Below, in pieces: positions 48,686-57,817 of a DNA stretch of 64,000 bases (position 1 is the first letter of the stretch; every line of letters begins with the position of its first letter). The stretch is from a virus. The stretch is from the IMG/VR virus record IMGVR_UViG_3300030098_002339, positions 24,285 through 88,284 of that record; one strand, 5' to 3'. A model generated the notes under the pieces. That model was not told the DNA's origin. It searched no databases and saw only the letters and a program-made list of their open reading frames with translations. A program made the position numbers and the translations under genes.

Positions 48686-48978
48686 TGATTGTTAATATTC
48701 AAAAGTACTTATGTAGTACTTATAACATATCCCTTGAAACTTTGAAGGGAAAAAAACCAATAAAAGATAAAGATGAGTATAATAAATACAACTTATCTAT
48801 TATCTTATGTTGGCTATTGCTACCTACGCAACGCTGGGGTAGCAAAAGCCTTATAGCTCGTTTCCACGGGTGTAAGCATAAGAATAGGGTATATCGTCTT
48901 ATTCGCTTCTATGAGTCTAATAGAGGCTTTAAACGCTATGTTAATGAGGCTATAAAAGGGTATAAATGCGACAAATAG
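48686..48978 (+). CDS. DnaA-C-like HTH protein (unit C); start approximate
   Basis: IARFHGCKHKNRVYRL identical to unit B. Confidence 0.55.
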
Positions 48979-49463
48979 AAAAACCAGAACTTATCTCTAC
49001 AGTAATGGATAAGAAGAAAGTATGGTTAAATATAAGAGAATCTCGCCTCTTATATATGTTTCATCGCAAGCTCATTTCTTGGGAAGAATATGAAGCTGGT
49101 TCCAGATACCGATTAATGTGTGAACTCCAAGGTGGAGGTACAGGTAATGTTCTTAAAGAACGTACTGATGGTGGAACTCCAGATTTTATGACTATGCAAA
49201 TAGGGGCAGCACTAGCAATAGCAGAAGTGGATGCTGAACTTGGTGAAGATAATGCTAGAAATATGAAGTTATTTTGCCATGAAAATTATGGTATTATTGA
49301 AATTGCACATATGCTAGGTAAGTCAGAACGTAGTACTTCTTTTTTAATTCACGAAGGTTTAGCTAGATTAGCAGTTTATTATGGGTACAAAAAAGTTAGA
49401 CATACCATCAGGAGACAAGGTACAAAGGTTAAGAGACAAGCAATATCTGAAATTTGTAAGTAG
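48966..49463 (+). CDS. Sigma-70 region 4-like regulator (unit C)
   Basis: Homologue of 5660. Confidence 0.7.
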   Translation: MRQIEKPELISTVMDKKKVWLNIRESRLLYMFHRKLISWEEYEAGSRYRLMCELQGGGTGNVLKERTDGGTPDFMTMQIGAALAIAEVDAELGEDNARNMKLFCHENYGIIEIAHMLGKSERSTSFLIHEGLARLAVYYGYKKVRHTIRRQGTKVKRQAISEICK

Positions 49464-49806
49464 ACAACCTTGCTTACTTTGTTTAACTCCTAAGTGTCAG
49501 GCACATCACTTAACATTTGCTATGCCACGTGGAATGAGTCAGAAAACTGGAGATCAATGGGCAGTTCCTTTATGTCCTGCACATCATTCTCAGCTGCATT
49601 TATGTGGCAAAAATGAGAAGGATTTTTGGAAAACACTAGATATAGATGCTGAAGATATAGCTTGTATACTATATCAATGGTGGTTAGATCAGAAAGTTTC
49701 TAAAGAATTTTTTACTGATGAGTCAATACTTTGGGTCAAGATCTATAATAATCTTGTACCTAAGATAAAGAAAAATATTGACTTTCTCATGCAACCCAAA
49801 CTATAG
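49381..49806 (+). CDS. DUF968/Ref-like nuclease (unit C)
   Basis: Homologue of 6075. Confidence 0.8.
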   Translation: MGTKKLDIPSGDKVQRLRDKQYLKFVSRQPCLLCLTPKCQAHHLTFAMPRGMSQKTGDQWAVPLCPAHHSQLHLCGKNEKDFWKTLDIDAEDIACILYQWWLDQKVSKEFFTDESILWVKIYNNLVPKIKKNIDFLMQPKL

Positions 49807-49838
49807 ATTGGAATATCCTCGCCAGAGGTATGTTTATT

Positions 49839-50123
49839 ATGGCTAAAATATATAAATTTCCTAAAGGTAAAAAGTTATATTCTCAAAGGTTTATACAGAA
49901 TATAAACCCTAATGCTATAGGTGATTTTATCCAAAAACAAAATCCACACCTTTCTTTAAGAGCTGCAGATGCTATGGCTCTAGCTATTATTTATAGTACA
50001 CATTTAAAATTAGTTTTTGAAGAAGAAGGATCTCAGATTCCTATTGATGTCATGGAAGATTTTGAGGAGAACGATCATAAAAGTTTTTTGTGGAATAAAC
50101 ATGGTCCAAAGACGTTACATTAA
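49839..50123 (+). CDS. Conserved hypothetical protein (unit C)
   Basis: Homologue of 6535. Confidence 0.75.
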   Translation: MAKIYKFPKGKKLYSQRFIQNINPNAIGDFIQKQNPHLSLRAADAMALAIIYSTHLKLVFEEEGSQIPIDVMEDFEENDHKSFLWNKHGPKTLH

Positions 50124-50379
50124 AAAGAAAAAGCCTAATAAAGATTTTCCTTATAAACCTATTCCTAAGCATTTGCTTTGGCAAGATGCTCAATCACAAA
50201 CAGGTTGGTTAACTAAAGAACAAATGGATAAACTTAGACCTGCACAGTCTAAAACTAAAGGATGGATTTATGAAGAAACTCAAGATTATATTAAGACGTT
50301 TGGAACTTACTCTATAGATTCAGAAGATGAATCAATTGAATTTGGGGAAGTAATTTGTATTCCTAAGAATTGGATTTAA
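50101..50379 (+). CDS. Conserved hypothetical protein (unit C)
   Basis: Homologue of 6794. Confidence 0.75.
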   Translation: MVQRRYIKKKKPNKDFPYKPIPKHLLWQDAQSQTGWLTKEQMDKLRPAQSKTKGWIYEETQDYIKTFGTYSIDSEDESIEFGEVICIPKNWI

Positions 50380-50380
50380 T

Positions 50381-50670
50381 TAATGGCTTTGTTCTCAAAA
50401 CTGTTTTCCTCCCGTGTTAATTCACAACACTATGTTAATTCATAGTGTACCTGGAATAAATTTACTCGAACTTCTCAGGTTGCTAAATACTTAGCTCCAC
50501 AGTCATTATTTCGATACCATTAACGAACCAGGCAGTCTCCCACCTGGTTAGCCGAAGTGATGGCTTTTTTAAATAGGTCGTCACCCTAAAACTGGACATT
50601 TTAAGTACCTCCAATTCTTTTACGACAGATCGGTACACCATTCACTTCTATCTGATCTAGAATCAGAATT
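50381..50670 (-). ncRNA. Candidate large pseudoknotted ncRNA
   Basis: No ORF in the track; many helices, GAAGTGA/TCACTTC long-range pairing, twin GAATTAAC loops. Confidence 0.65.
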
Positions 50671-50674
50671 CTGT

Positions 50675-50932
50675 TCACTCATCGTGAATTGGTTCAAGTG
50701 GATTAGTGTAAACTTCTTCTACAGTAGCTCCACCTAGTTCTATAATTCTTTTTTTTGTCGCAATAATTTCAGCTTTAACATGATCTTTACTATGTTCTAA
50801 AGCAGTAACTAATTTTGGAAAATTAGTAGGATATATTCCATAAATAGTTAAATCGTTAATTGCTGTCGCTACTCTTTGAAGACCTCTTTGTCTTTTTTCT
50901 AACCTGAGTATCTCGCTGTCTGGAGTTATCAT
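50675..50932 (-). CDS. Conserved early protein (unit C)
   Basis: Homologue of 7147. Confidence 0.8.
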   Translation of the reverse strand: MITPDSEILRLEKRQRGLQRVATAINDLTIYGIYPTNFPKLVTALEHSKDHVKAEIIATKKRIIELGGATVEEVYTNPLEPIHDE

Positions 50933-51074
50933 TTAGTTTCCTTTCTCTCTGATTTTCTGCTTCCATACGTTCACATTCAGATTCATTTTCCATTTCTTTT
51001 ACTTTACGTTTTAACTTATCTATTTCTAACTGCTTACCAGCTAGTAATGCTTTCCATTGTCCATCATTTACCAT
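50856..51074 (-). CDS. Early hypothetical protein
   Basis: KQLEIDKLKRK also encoded at ~7460-7545 in unit B. Confidence 0.65.
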   Translation of the reverse strand: MVNDGQWKALLAGKQLEIDKLKRKVKEMENESECERMEAENQRERKLNDNSRQRDTQVRKKTKRSSKSSDSN

Positions 51075-51279
51075 TTGTCCTCACATTTTCTATTTGTTCA
51101 CGTAAATATTCTATTCGATGTTTATACTCTTTAATCCAGTTTTGAATAATAAGATTATGTTCATCAAATAAAAATCCACAAGCTATAGCATTATCTAGCA
51201 CAGATACACTTTCGATGCAATCATCGAGTTCATTCTGTGCTTGCTCTATTTCTTTAGCTCTATTAACAGTTATTTTCAT
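51064..51279 (-). CDS. Early hypothetical protein (unit C)
   Basis: Homologue of 7521. Confidence 0.7.
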   Translation of the reverse strand: MKITVNRAKEIEQAQNELDDCIESVSVLDNAIACGFLFDEHNLIIQNWIKEYKHRIEYLREQIENVRTNGK

Positions 51280-51575
51280 ATTACACCTGCTTTTCTAAGT
51301 TTATTAATATTATCATCAACTTGTTTAGCTAAATTTTGATTATCCTTAATAAGCTCGTTATTTAATTGTCGAAGATCACCATTAATTTTCTTATGTTCTT
51401 CATTAATATTTAATAAATCAGTTATACGTCTATCTTTTTCTAAAGTATCTATTTGAGCTTGTTCTCTAACTAAAGCAAGCTCTTTCTCATAATGATCTAT
51501 TTTTTTCATCATGAGTTCATCAGTTTCTTTTTTAACTTTCTCTATTTCAATAATATGTTTCCAATATTCACTCAT
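51276..51575 (-). CDS. Coiled-coil early protein (unit C)
   Basis: Homologue of 7852. Confidence 0.75.
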   Translation of the reverse strand: MSEYWKHIIEIEKVKKETDELMMKKIDHYEKELALVREQAQIDTLEKDRRITDLLNINEEHKKINGDLRQLNNELIKDNQNLAKQVDDNINKLRKAGVI

Positions 51576-51910
51576 GCTGCATCATCCTGCACTTTCTGTA
51601 TTACACATACATGACCTGCAATGAAATCTCCAGGAATAATTTGATGTTTTGTTTTCTTTGCCCATTTATGCCATGCATCTGTAATATTTTTATTAATAAT
51701 AAATGGATGTTTTAATTTAGATTCTTCATCCATCCATAGATCAGTATATCCATCTTTACGATTAGAATACTTTGGTAAATATCCTGTAGTTCTTTCAATC
51801 ATTCTACAGTCTATTTCCTTATACATATCTTCGAATGTAGGTTTCATTTTATAAGGATCTGATTTAATAGATCCATCTGTTCTAAATGTATGTAATTTAT
51901 AACTACTCAT
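51572..51910 (-). CDS. DUF3846-like protein (unit C)
   Basis: Homologue of 8124. Confidence 0.65.
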   Translation of the reverse strand: MSSYKLHTFRTDGSIKSDPYKMKPTFEDMYKEIDCRMIERTTGYLPKYSNRKDGYTDLWMDEESKLKHPFIINKNITDAWHKWAKKTKHQIIPGDFIAGHVCVIQKVQDDAA

Positions 51911-52217
51911 TTTTCCTCCTTTTTTAATAATAAGCTATACCTTCCTGTATCAGTATTAAATGCAAGATCTGCTTCAGATCCATCTAACAATGAACCTGCA
52001 TCAGTTACATCATAATCTAATTCTTTTTCCAGAAAGTTTTGTATAGCCACTCGTATTTCATATATATCAGTCATTTTTTTTTCTTTTCTTCTTATTTTCT
52101 ACGATTTGTCTTTTAACTCTTTTTTTTAATTGTTTGTTCATTTTGATAGTCTTATCTTTTTTAACATCAATATAATAAACAGGCATAAAGTCTAATAGAT
52201 CTTTCATTTTTTTCATC

Positions 52218-52604
52218 TTACCAACTACAATTATAGGTTACTTCTCTACCAGCTTTTAATGCTTTTCTTGCAGCTCTTAAAAACTGTTTATCAAGTTCTT
52301 TATACTCTTTCACAGACTCTTCTTGGTATTGTTGTCCCCAAAAGAATCCATCAGATGCAAAGTAATCATAGTAACCATTCTTAATAGCTGTTTCTAATCT
52401 ATCTAAGATTTCATTAGTAATGTTTACTGGTCCTCCATTAAATCCTAAATGAGAAAGACCTCCTTCGTTTTCACTAGCTTTCTCTTCTCTAGGATTTTGT
52501 TTGTTATACTCTTCTGCCATAAACACTTGTAATCTTGCGTGTTTACGCCAATAGAACTCCTTATTGAGTCCATCTGCATATTGATCAAGTCCCATATTTA
52601 TCAC
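52218..52604 (-). CDS. Conserved phage protein (MGLDQY...YWRKH family), unit C only
   Basis: MGLDQYA, YWRKH, GFFWG, Y.CSW motifs; absent from unit B. Confidence 0.7.
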   Translation of the reverse strand: MINMGLDQYADGLNKEFYWRKHARLQVFMAEEYNKQNPREEKASENEGGLSHLGFNGGPVNITNEILDRLETAIKNGYYDYFASDGFFWGQQYQEESVKEYKELDKQFLRAARKALKAGREVTYNCSW

Positions 52605-52851
52605 CTATTTCTTTCATCTTTTTACCCATATCTGTAGTCAAAATTAATTCTTCATATCTTTTAATTTCAGCCTTCAGATGTTCAGTTATTTTTAATCCTA
52701 AATCTTTAGGTGTTATTTTAGGATCAACATTTGCTATAAAATTTACTGTATCTTGTATAGCATATAAACCTCCAGTCCATCTAGCATGATTCTGTTGATC
52801 GACTGTATCATTTAACATTTGTTTTATATCCATTTTTTTCCTTTCTACCAA
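52585..52851 (-). CDS. Hypothetical early protein
   Basis: GAAAGGA SD before MDIKQM. Confidence 0.6.
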   Translation of the reverse strand: MVERKKMDIKQMLNDTVDQQNHARWTGGLYAIQDTVNFIANVDPKITPKDLGLKITEHLKAEIKRYEELILTTDMGKKMKEIGDKYGT

Positions 52852-52971
52852 AAATTTTCCAATATTTACGTAGAATAATTTCTGGTATTTGTTTCTTTTT
52901 ATATTTTGATGTATCTATTTGTGATACCCAAATTGCAAAGGACATTATTTTTTTCATATTAATTCCTTTCT

Positions 52972-53008
52972 AGGGCATTAAGCCCTACACACAGTTAGGG
53001 CTTATGCC
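52972..53008 (-). promoter_or_regulatory. Conserved intergenic hairpin
   Basis: Homologue of 9448-9483. Confidence 0.7.
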
Positions 53009-53017
53009 AATTAGTAT

Positions 53018-53350
53018 TTAAGCTGATTTTCGTTCAACTTTACTCGTTTCACTTATCTGTTCAAGTTTAGCTGCAACATCTTTTGCTTTCGCTGCATCTA
53101 TTAACTTATGACCTCTAATTACTATCGTAGCAGCAGCAGTTTGTTGTCCGATTATATTTCCTTGTCGTACACCTAACTCCTGTATTACTTGATCAGCAAT
53201 CTTAATCTGCATTGCAATATTCTTATACATTTTATAATACTTGCTATGCACTCTGTTATATAGTTCTTGACTAGATTCTGTTTTCTTTTGACTCGATTGG
53301 TTCAACATCAATAACGTCTCCTTTCTTGTCACGTTTTTTCTTAATTTCAT
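53018..53350 (-). CDS. Hypothetical early protein (unit C)
   Basis: Distant homologue of 9490. Confidence 0.65.
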   Translation of the reverse strand: MKLRKNVTRKETLLMLNQSSQKKTESSQELYNRVHSKYYKMYKNIAMQIKIADQVIQELGVRQGNIIGQQTAAATIVIRGHKLIDAAKAKDVAAKLEQISETSKVERKSA

Positions 53351-53471
53351 AAGGCATTTCTAGTCTGTCAGGCATATTCTTTTCAACTGCATTGACTATA
53401 CCTACGACTATCCTTACTGGTAATGTTAATCCTCGAATTAACATATCACCGTATTTTTCTACTCGCTTCAT
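53271..53471 (-). CDS. Hypothetical early protein (unit C)
   Basis: Homologue of 9719. Confidence 0.7.
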   Translation of the reverse strand: MKRVEKYGDMLIRGLTLPVRIVVGIVNAVEKNMPDRLEMPYEIKKKRDKKGDVIDVEPIESKENRI

Positions 53472-53655
53472 CGTATTCTCCTTTCTTTTTTCTTAATCGA
53501 TTATACTTTTCTTTGGCTGCGTAGAACTCTTTATCAAATTCCTTTGTTCCAGGAATTGGATCAACATCAGCGGTGAGCCAATTCCATGCTTTTCTTACTG
53601 TTACAGCAGCAACGCTATAAGCAATAAATCGAACAAAATTAATAACTCCATTCAT
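53446..53655 (-). CDS. Hypothetical early protein (unit C)
   Basis: Homologue of 9900. Confidence 0.75.
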   Translation of the reverse strand: MNGVINFVRFIAYSVAAVTVRKAWNWLTADVDPIPGTKEFDKEFYAAKEKYNRLRKKKGEYDEASRKIR

Positions 53656-54048
53656 TTACTCCCTTTCTTCTCTATGATCTTCTAACTTAGAATCATACTT
53701 AGTTAGGTCTTCAAAGAATGTATTTATATCAGTATCTGTTAATTCACAGAACTTCCATAAATTTCTTAATCCGATAGCGTTCATTCCACATTCGTATTTT
53801 TGAACTTGTTGAAATGTTACGTCTAACATAATTGATACTTTGGTCTGAGTTAGATTCTTTTCTAATCTTATCTTTCTTAACTTCATACCAATTACTCGTG
53901 CAAATACACTAGGTACTATGTCATTATTATTTCTTATTGTTTCATCTATTTCTATTTGACATAACTCTGGTGTTTTGAACTTTCTTATTTGTCCTGTTCT
54001 TGCGCTCATATGTATCTTTCTCCTTTCCATATAGTTGTTTGTAGACAA
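53656..54048 (-). CDS. XRE-family HTH regulator (unit C, divergent)
   Basis: LTQTKVSIMLDVTFQQVQKYECG. Confidence 0.85.
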   Translation of the reverse strand: MSTNNYMERRKIHMSARTGQIRKFKTPELCQIEIDETIRNNNDIVPSVFARVIGMKLRKIRLEKNLTQTKVSIMLDVTFQQVQKYECGMNAIGLRNLWKFCELTDTDINTFFEDLTKYDSKLEDHREERE

Positions 54049-54313
54049 GCAACTCTCGTTTGCCAGAGGTGCTTGGCTTTGTTATTACTCTAATCGATGG
54101 TTTCCCATCTCTATATACTTTAACTAATTGAATCCATCCTTCACTTGGATATAGTATTTCGAGCATTATTGGTTTAATCCAATATCTCTTCCACCACTTG
54201 ATATGTTCACTCTGAATAGATCCTGTAAATGGTTGATGATACATCACCCTACTTACTATACTCAGATCTATTCTTCTCTCTTTGAACTTTCCTTTTAGTA
54301 TTACTTTGAACAT
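53942..54313 (-). CDS. Conserved early protein (unit C)
   Basis: Homologue of 10430. Confidence 0.75.
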   Translation of the reverse strand: MFKVILKGKFKERRIDLSIVSRVMYHQPFTGSIQSEHIKWWKRYWIKPIMLEILYPSEGWIQLVKVYRDGKPSIRVITKPSTSGKRELLVYKQLYGKEKDTYERKNRTNKKVQNTRVMSNRNR

Positions 54314-54549
54314 TCTTTTTCCTTATCCAATATTCAGCATCCATCCTTTTAGTTGGATGATTCATTATTTCTGATAATTTAACTATTGTATATTTCATCT
54401 TTCCATCCAAGGTTTAATTGCAAATAGTATCAATACTAAGAGCACTATCATATATAGTTCCTTACTCTGTATTGTATTCCAAAATGAATCTATTGCAAGT
54501 TGTATTATTGTAGGCTCCATACTCTCTATCCTTTCAGTTTAAAATTTTT

Positions 54550-54898
54550 TATAGTCTACCATAGTTGCGTAGTGCCCTTGCGGAGTGACACGTACCCAAG
54601 TACTAACTACCACGTTAGACTAGGCATATAGTAGACTATACGATATATTATATATATCTCACACGTGCTTGGATTTTTTCTAGCCTGTGTTTCCACAGGA
54701 TGTATTACACTTGCAAATGTAATAACTGCCAAGCAACTACCAGGTGCATAAGCACATTAGGTTAACTCTAGATTTTACATCTAGAATTACAAGTAGTACA
54801 CTACTCATCTGGCTCTCAGGATTTATCCCAAACACCAGACTCTCGCTACCTTATCGCGTTAACCAAACGATTCTTCAGTCAACGTGAGAGATATATAT
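54550..54898 (-). ncRNA. Candidate two-domain multibranch ncRNA
   Basis: Closing helices 54550-59/54631-40 and 54650-66/54882-98; GAAA and GCAA tetraloops on minus strand. Confidence 0.65.
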
Positions 54899-54905
54899 TT
54901 TTTTC

Positions 54906-54940
54906 AGGGCTATGCCCTGCACTAAGCAAGGGCATAACCC
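54906..54940 (-). promoter_or_regulatory. Hairpin of the 9448/52972 type
   Basis: GGGTTATGCCCTTGC-loop-GCAGGGCATAGCCC. Confidence 0.6.
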
Positions 54941-54949
54941 ATATTATAT

Positions 54950-55123
54950 TTATTTCTTATCAACTAATGCTTTAATCATATCTTTTAATTCAGCTAGTTC
55001 TTTTCTAACTTGAACAAATGATTGATGTGTAGCATATGGCTGATGTTTCTTATTATCCCAGTTCTTGTTTAACCAAGCAACTTTTTCATTGGGAGTCTTA
55101 CCATTCATAGGTTGTACAGACAT
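54950..55123 (-). CDS. 57-aa early protein (not in ORF track)
   Basis: GAAAGGAG SD; MSVQPMNGKTPNEK...; positional analogue of 11071. Confidence 0.6.
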   Translation of the reverse strand: MSVQPMNGKTPNEKVAWLNKNWDNKKHQPYATHQSFVQVRKELAELKDMIKALVDKK

Positions 55124-55173
55124 ATTATCTCCTTTCTGATAATAAATATCACTATCGCTAGAGCCAGTGATAT

Positions 55174-55305
55174 TTAAACTATTTCTTTATTTTCGTCCTT
55201 TAAACTCTTAAAGAACTTATAACTAAACACACCACTTGCTACCATCACTGCTAATTGTATAGAGAGATAGATAGCTAATAGAGTCATTACTATTGTAGTT
55301 AACAT
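55174..55305 (-). CDS. First early gene: 43-aa single-TM protein (not in ORF track)
   Basis: GAAAGGA SD; LLAIY shared with 11469-11606. Confidence 0.65.
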   Translation of the reverse strand: MLTTIVMTLLAIYLSIQLAVMVASGVFSYKFFKSLKDENKEIV

Positions 55306-55686
55306 CTTATCCTTTCCGAGCTCGATTCTATGCTAGAATATAGCTCTTTCTGTGTGACTATTTGATAATCATCAATCAATATCATCAATGTTATCAAGGG
55401 TTAACGAGTGATTCGGTAATCAATATATCAATGGATTTAGCCCAATGTATACCGACTACCGAAGATAAACAAACAACAACAAAATTGTTGTCGATTTCGC
55501 TAGAAATATCGACAACTATTTTAAATAAAAACAAAGACGAATTGCGACAAAGTTGTCGCTAGCAATTCGACTGTCATTTTAATGACGGGTTTGAAATTCA
55601 CCCTGATCACATCGAGATTGATCTCGATTGATCAAATAGGGGGGTTTTGTACAGCAACAACACAACAACGAAAGAAGGAGGAAACT
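55306..55686. promoter_or_regulatory. Early/late divergence region with hairpin array (unit C)
   Basis: Same blocks and hairpin order as 11607-11972. Confidence 0.7.
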
Positions 55687-55953
55687 ATGGCATTACCATT
55701 CGCAGCAGGTTCTGTAGGGATGAGATTCCTAAGAACACTCTACAAAGGTAAGAAGAAGATTGGCAAAGGAGCTTCAATGGCAGCGGGATACGCTGGCAAA
55801 AAAGGCTTCGTAAAGACTAGCCAAGCAATTACAGGTGCTTCAAAGAAAGTACATAGAGGAACTATGTCCGCTAAAAGTTTAGCGAAAAAATACCCAAAAT
55901 CGACTGCAGCCATCGGTGGTGCAGCGGCTTGGGATATGCTTGATCGTGACTAA
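55687..55953 (+). CDS. Small basic protein (unit C)
   Basis: AGGAGG SD; homologue of 11973. Confidence 0.75.
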   Translation: MALPFAAGSVGMRFLRTLYKGKKKIGKGASMAAGYAGKKGFVKTSQAITGASKKVHRGTMSAKSLAKKYPKSTAAIGGAAAWDMLDRD

Positions 55954-56084
55954 TGGCTAAGAAACCCAAATGGGGTGTTAACACCTACGTCAAACGAACC
56001 AAGCCTCAAATAGGCAGACATAAGAAACGGATGAACAAGGACGAAAAACGATCCTATAAAAAATACAGAGGACAAGGCAAATAA
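55953..56084 (+). CDS. 43-aa YRGQGK basic protein (not in ORF track)
   Basis: Homologue of 12227. Confidence 0.75.
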   Translation: MAKKPKWGVNTYVKRTKPQIGRHKKRMNKDEKRSYKKYRGQGK

Positions 56085-56554
56085 TGGCAACAACACTAAC
56101 AGCAGCAACATTAACTGTGACATTAACAGAGGCAATTTCGTTAAACGGATATGACCAGGGATCAAAGAATACCCTAAGCATAGCCAGCATTAACGAAGTC
56201 CATAAGCGTATTCTAACAGTCCCAACTTCAGAAATAGAAGTTTTGGCTATGAGTACCGCTAATGCTTCTGGGACTTTCATAGAAGGCGATGTACGATATA
56301 TTCGGATCACTAATTTAGATGATACGAACCATGTAACTCTTACCTTCAAAAATGAAAACGATGATGAGTTCGCAGTTAAACTAGACAAAGGACAATCCTT
56401 TATCTACAATGGCGACCTATCAGGAGGAGTCGTAGATACGATGGATGGCATAGACGGAACAGGATTAACAGTTTCCTTGGGGGACCTGGTAAATATAACT
56501 GCACTTGCAGATACTGCCGCTTGCGATCTAGAAGTATTTGTGGCTTGCGTATAA
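56084..56554 (+). CDS. Conserved beta-rich protein (unit C)
   Basis: Homologue of 12362. Confidence 0.75.
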   Translation: MATTLTAATLTVTLTEAISLNGYDQGSKNTLSIASINEVHKRILTVPTSEIEVLAMSTANASGTFIEGDVRYIRITNLDDTNHVTLTFKNENDDEFAVKLDKGQSFIYNGDLSGGVVDTMDGIDGTGLTVSLGDLVNITALADTAACDLEVFVACV

Positions 56555-56712
56555 TGAAATATCCATTAGGATTACCTTATACAGTCATCAGTAGTCTTTC
56601 AGCTAAAACTTTAAAAAAGAGCTGGAAGAAACGGGATCAGTTTATTAAAAATTTAAAGAATCCTAAGTTCAGAGCAAAAGCTAAACTGAAGGATTATAAA
56701 ACAGTACTATAA
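56554..56712 (+). CDS. Small basic protein (unit C)
   Basis: Homologue of 12832. Confidence 0.6.
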   Translation: MKYPLGLPYTVISSLSAKTLKKSWKKRDQFIKNLKNPKFRAKAKLKDYKTVL

Positions 56713-56951
56713 TGGCTAAACGATCATTAGAAAAATTAGCAGATAAAATTATCCAATTAACTCCTGAAGAAGGACAACAATTGGGTTTAATTATAAGAGC
56801 TAAGATGTTGCCAGAAATGGCAAAGAAACAAGCTGGATTATTAGAACAAGCAGCGAATAATCCACAGATGGCACAAATGGGACAACCACGTGGTGGTCAA
56901 ATGCCTATGCCAACTTCAAGACAAGCTGCGATGCAAGGACTATTAAGATAA
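56712..56951 (+). CDS. Conserved hypothetical protein (unit C)
   Basis: Homologue of 12983. Confidence 0.75.
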   Translation: MAKRSLEKLADKIIQLTPEEGQQLGLIIRAKMLPEMAKKQAGLLEQAANNPQMAQMGQPRGGQMPMPTSRQAAMQGLLR

Positions 56952-57031
56952 TGAAAAAGAAAAAAAATAAGAAGAAGAAAAATCAAAAGAAAAAGAAGAA
57001 CAAAAAAAAGAATAAGAAAAAAGGGAGATAG
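56951..57031 (+). CDS. 26-aa poly-Lys peptide (not in ORF track)
   Basis: MKKKKNKKKKNQKKKKNKKKNKKKGR; TAATG coupling. Confidence 0.5.
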   Translation: MKKKKNKKKKNQKKKKNKKKNKKKGR

Positions 57032-57041
57032 AAAGGTAAAT

Positions 57042-57119
57042 ATGCCAAAAGGAAAAGGAACATACGGGTCTAAAAGAGGTAGACCTCGTAAAAAAAACAA
57101 AAAGAAAAAAAGAAAGTAA
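57042..57119 (+). CDS. 25-aa AT-hook peptide (not in ORF track)
   Basis: MPKGKGTYGSKRGRPRKKNKKKKRK; AAAGGT SD. Confidence 0.6.
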   Translation: MPKGKGTYGSKRGRPRKKNKKKKRK

Positions 57120-57128
57120 AATACTAAT

Positions 57129-57440
57129 ATGGCAAATGTTAATGGAAATTGGAAAGGCGGTAAAGCAGTAGTTAAGTATTCCAAAGCTAAAGCTAAGGGA
57201 AGAAAAGCTGCTGGTCAAATTGCTAGAAACTACAAAAGATATGTTAGCCCTTCTGTTAAAATATTAAAAGGAGCAACAGGCTTAGCAGCTGGTGCTGGTA
57301 AACTAGCTTTAAGATTTCCTGGTACAGGTTTAGTTGCAGCTGGTTTATATGCTGGAGCTAAAGGTATTGCTAAAAGACAGAAGGGTTTAAAATTTCCTCA
57401 ATATAGACAATTTAATAAACGAGGAAGAAAGATCATCTAA
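57129..57440 (+). CDS. Basic protein (unit C)
   Basis: Homologue of 13336. Confidence 0.7.
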   Translation: MANVNGNWKGGKAVVKYSKAKAKGRKAAGQIARNYKRYVSPSVKILKGATGLAAGAGKLALRFPGTGLVAAGLYAGAKGIAKRQKGLKFPQYRQFNKRGRKII

Positions 57441-57817
57441 TGAGTGAAGATAAAACACAAGAAAACAAAGTTGAAACTAAAGAAGAAGGTCCTTTAGACA
57501 AACCTAATTATTGGGGAGTCTTAGGAAGCAAAAAACCTTCTAATAAAGGTGGAAAACGTGAAGGAGCTGGAAGACCATTAGGTTCTAAAAGCACAAAACC
57601 TAAATGGAAATCTATGGATGAGATGTCTGTGAAATATCAACATTCCCCTTTAGATTATATGTTATCTGTGTTAAATAATCCTATGAGCTCACCTGAGAGA
57701 AAGATGTATGCTGCTGAAAAATCAGCTCCATATATTCATCCTAGGTTAGCTTCTTCAACAGCAAGAATAGGATCAGATGAACCAATCGAAATCAAAGTCC
57801 AATGGCAAAAAGATTAA
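57440..57817 (+). CDS. terS: Terminase small subunit (unit C)
   Basis: Homologue of 13554. Confidence 0.8.
   Translation: MSEDKTQENKVETKEEGPLDKPNYWGVLGSKKPSNKGGKREGAGRPLGSKSTKPKWKSMDEMSVKYQHSPLDYMLSVLNNPMSSPERKMYAAEKSAPYIHPRLASSTARIGSDEPIEIKVQWQKD

Noticed and set aside
50381-50670. tRNA, tmRNA, hammerhead, pistol or twister identity for the ncRNA candidates
   Set aside because: No cloverleaf/T-arm-CCA or catalytic core consensus found by eye; a covariance search is needed.
55362-55562. 66-aa ORF in the control region and the N-terminal extension of 55582
   Set aside because: Not conserved in unit B, overlaps the hairpin array; the real start is 55687 after AGGAGG.
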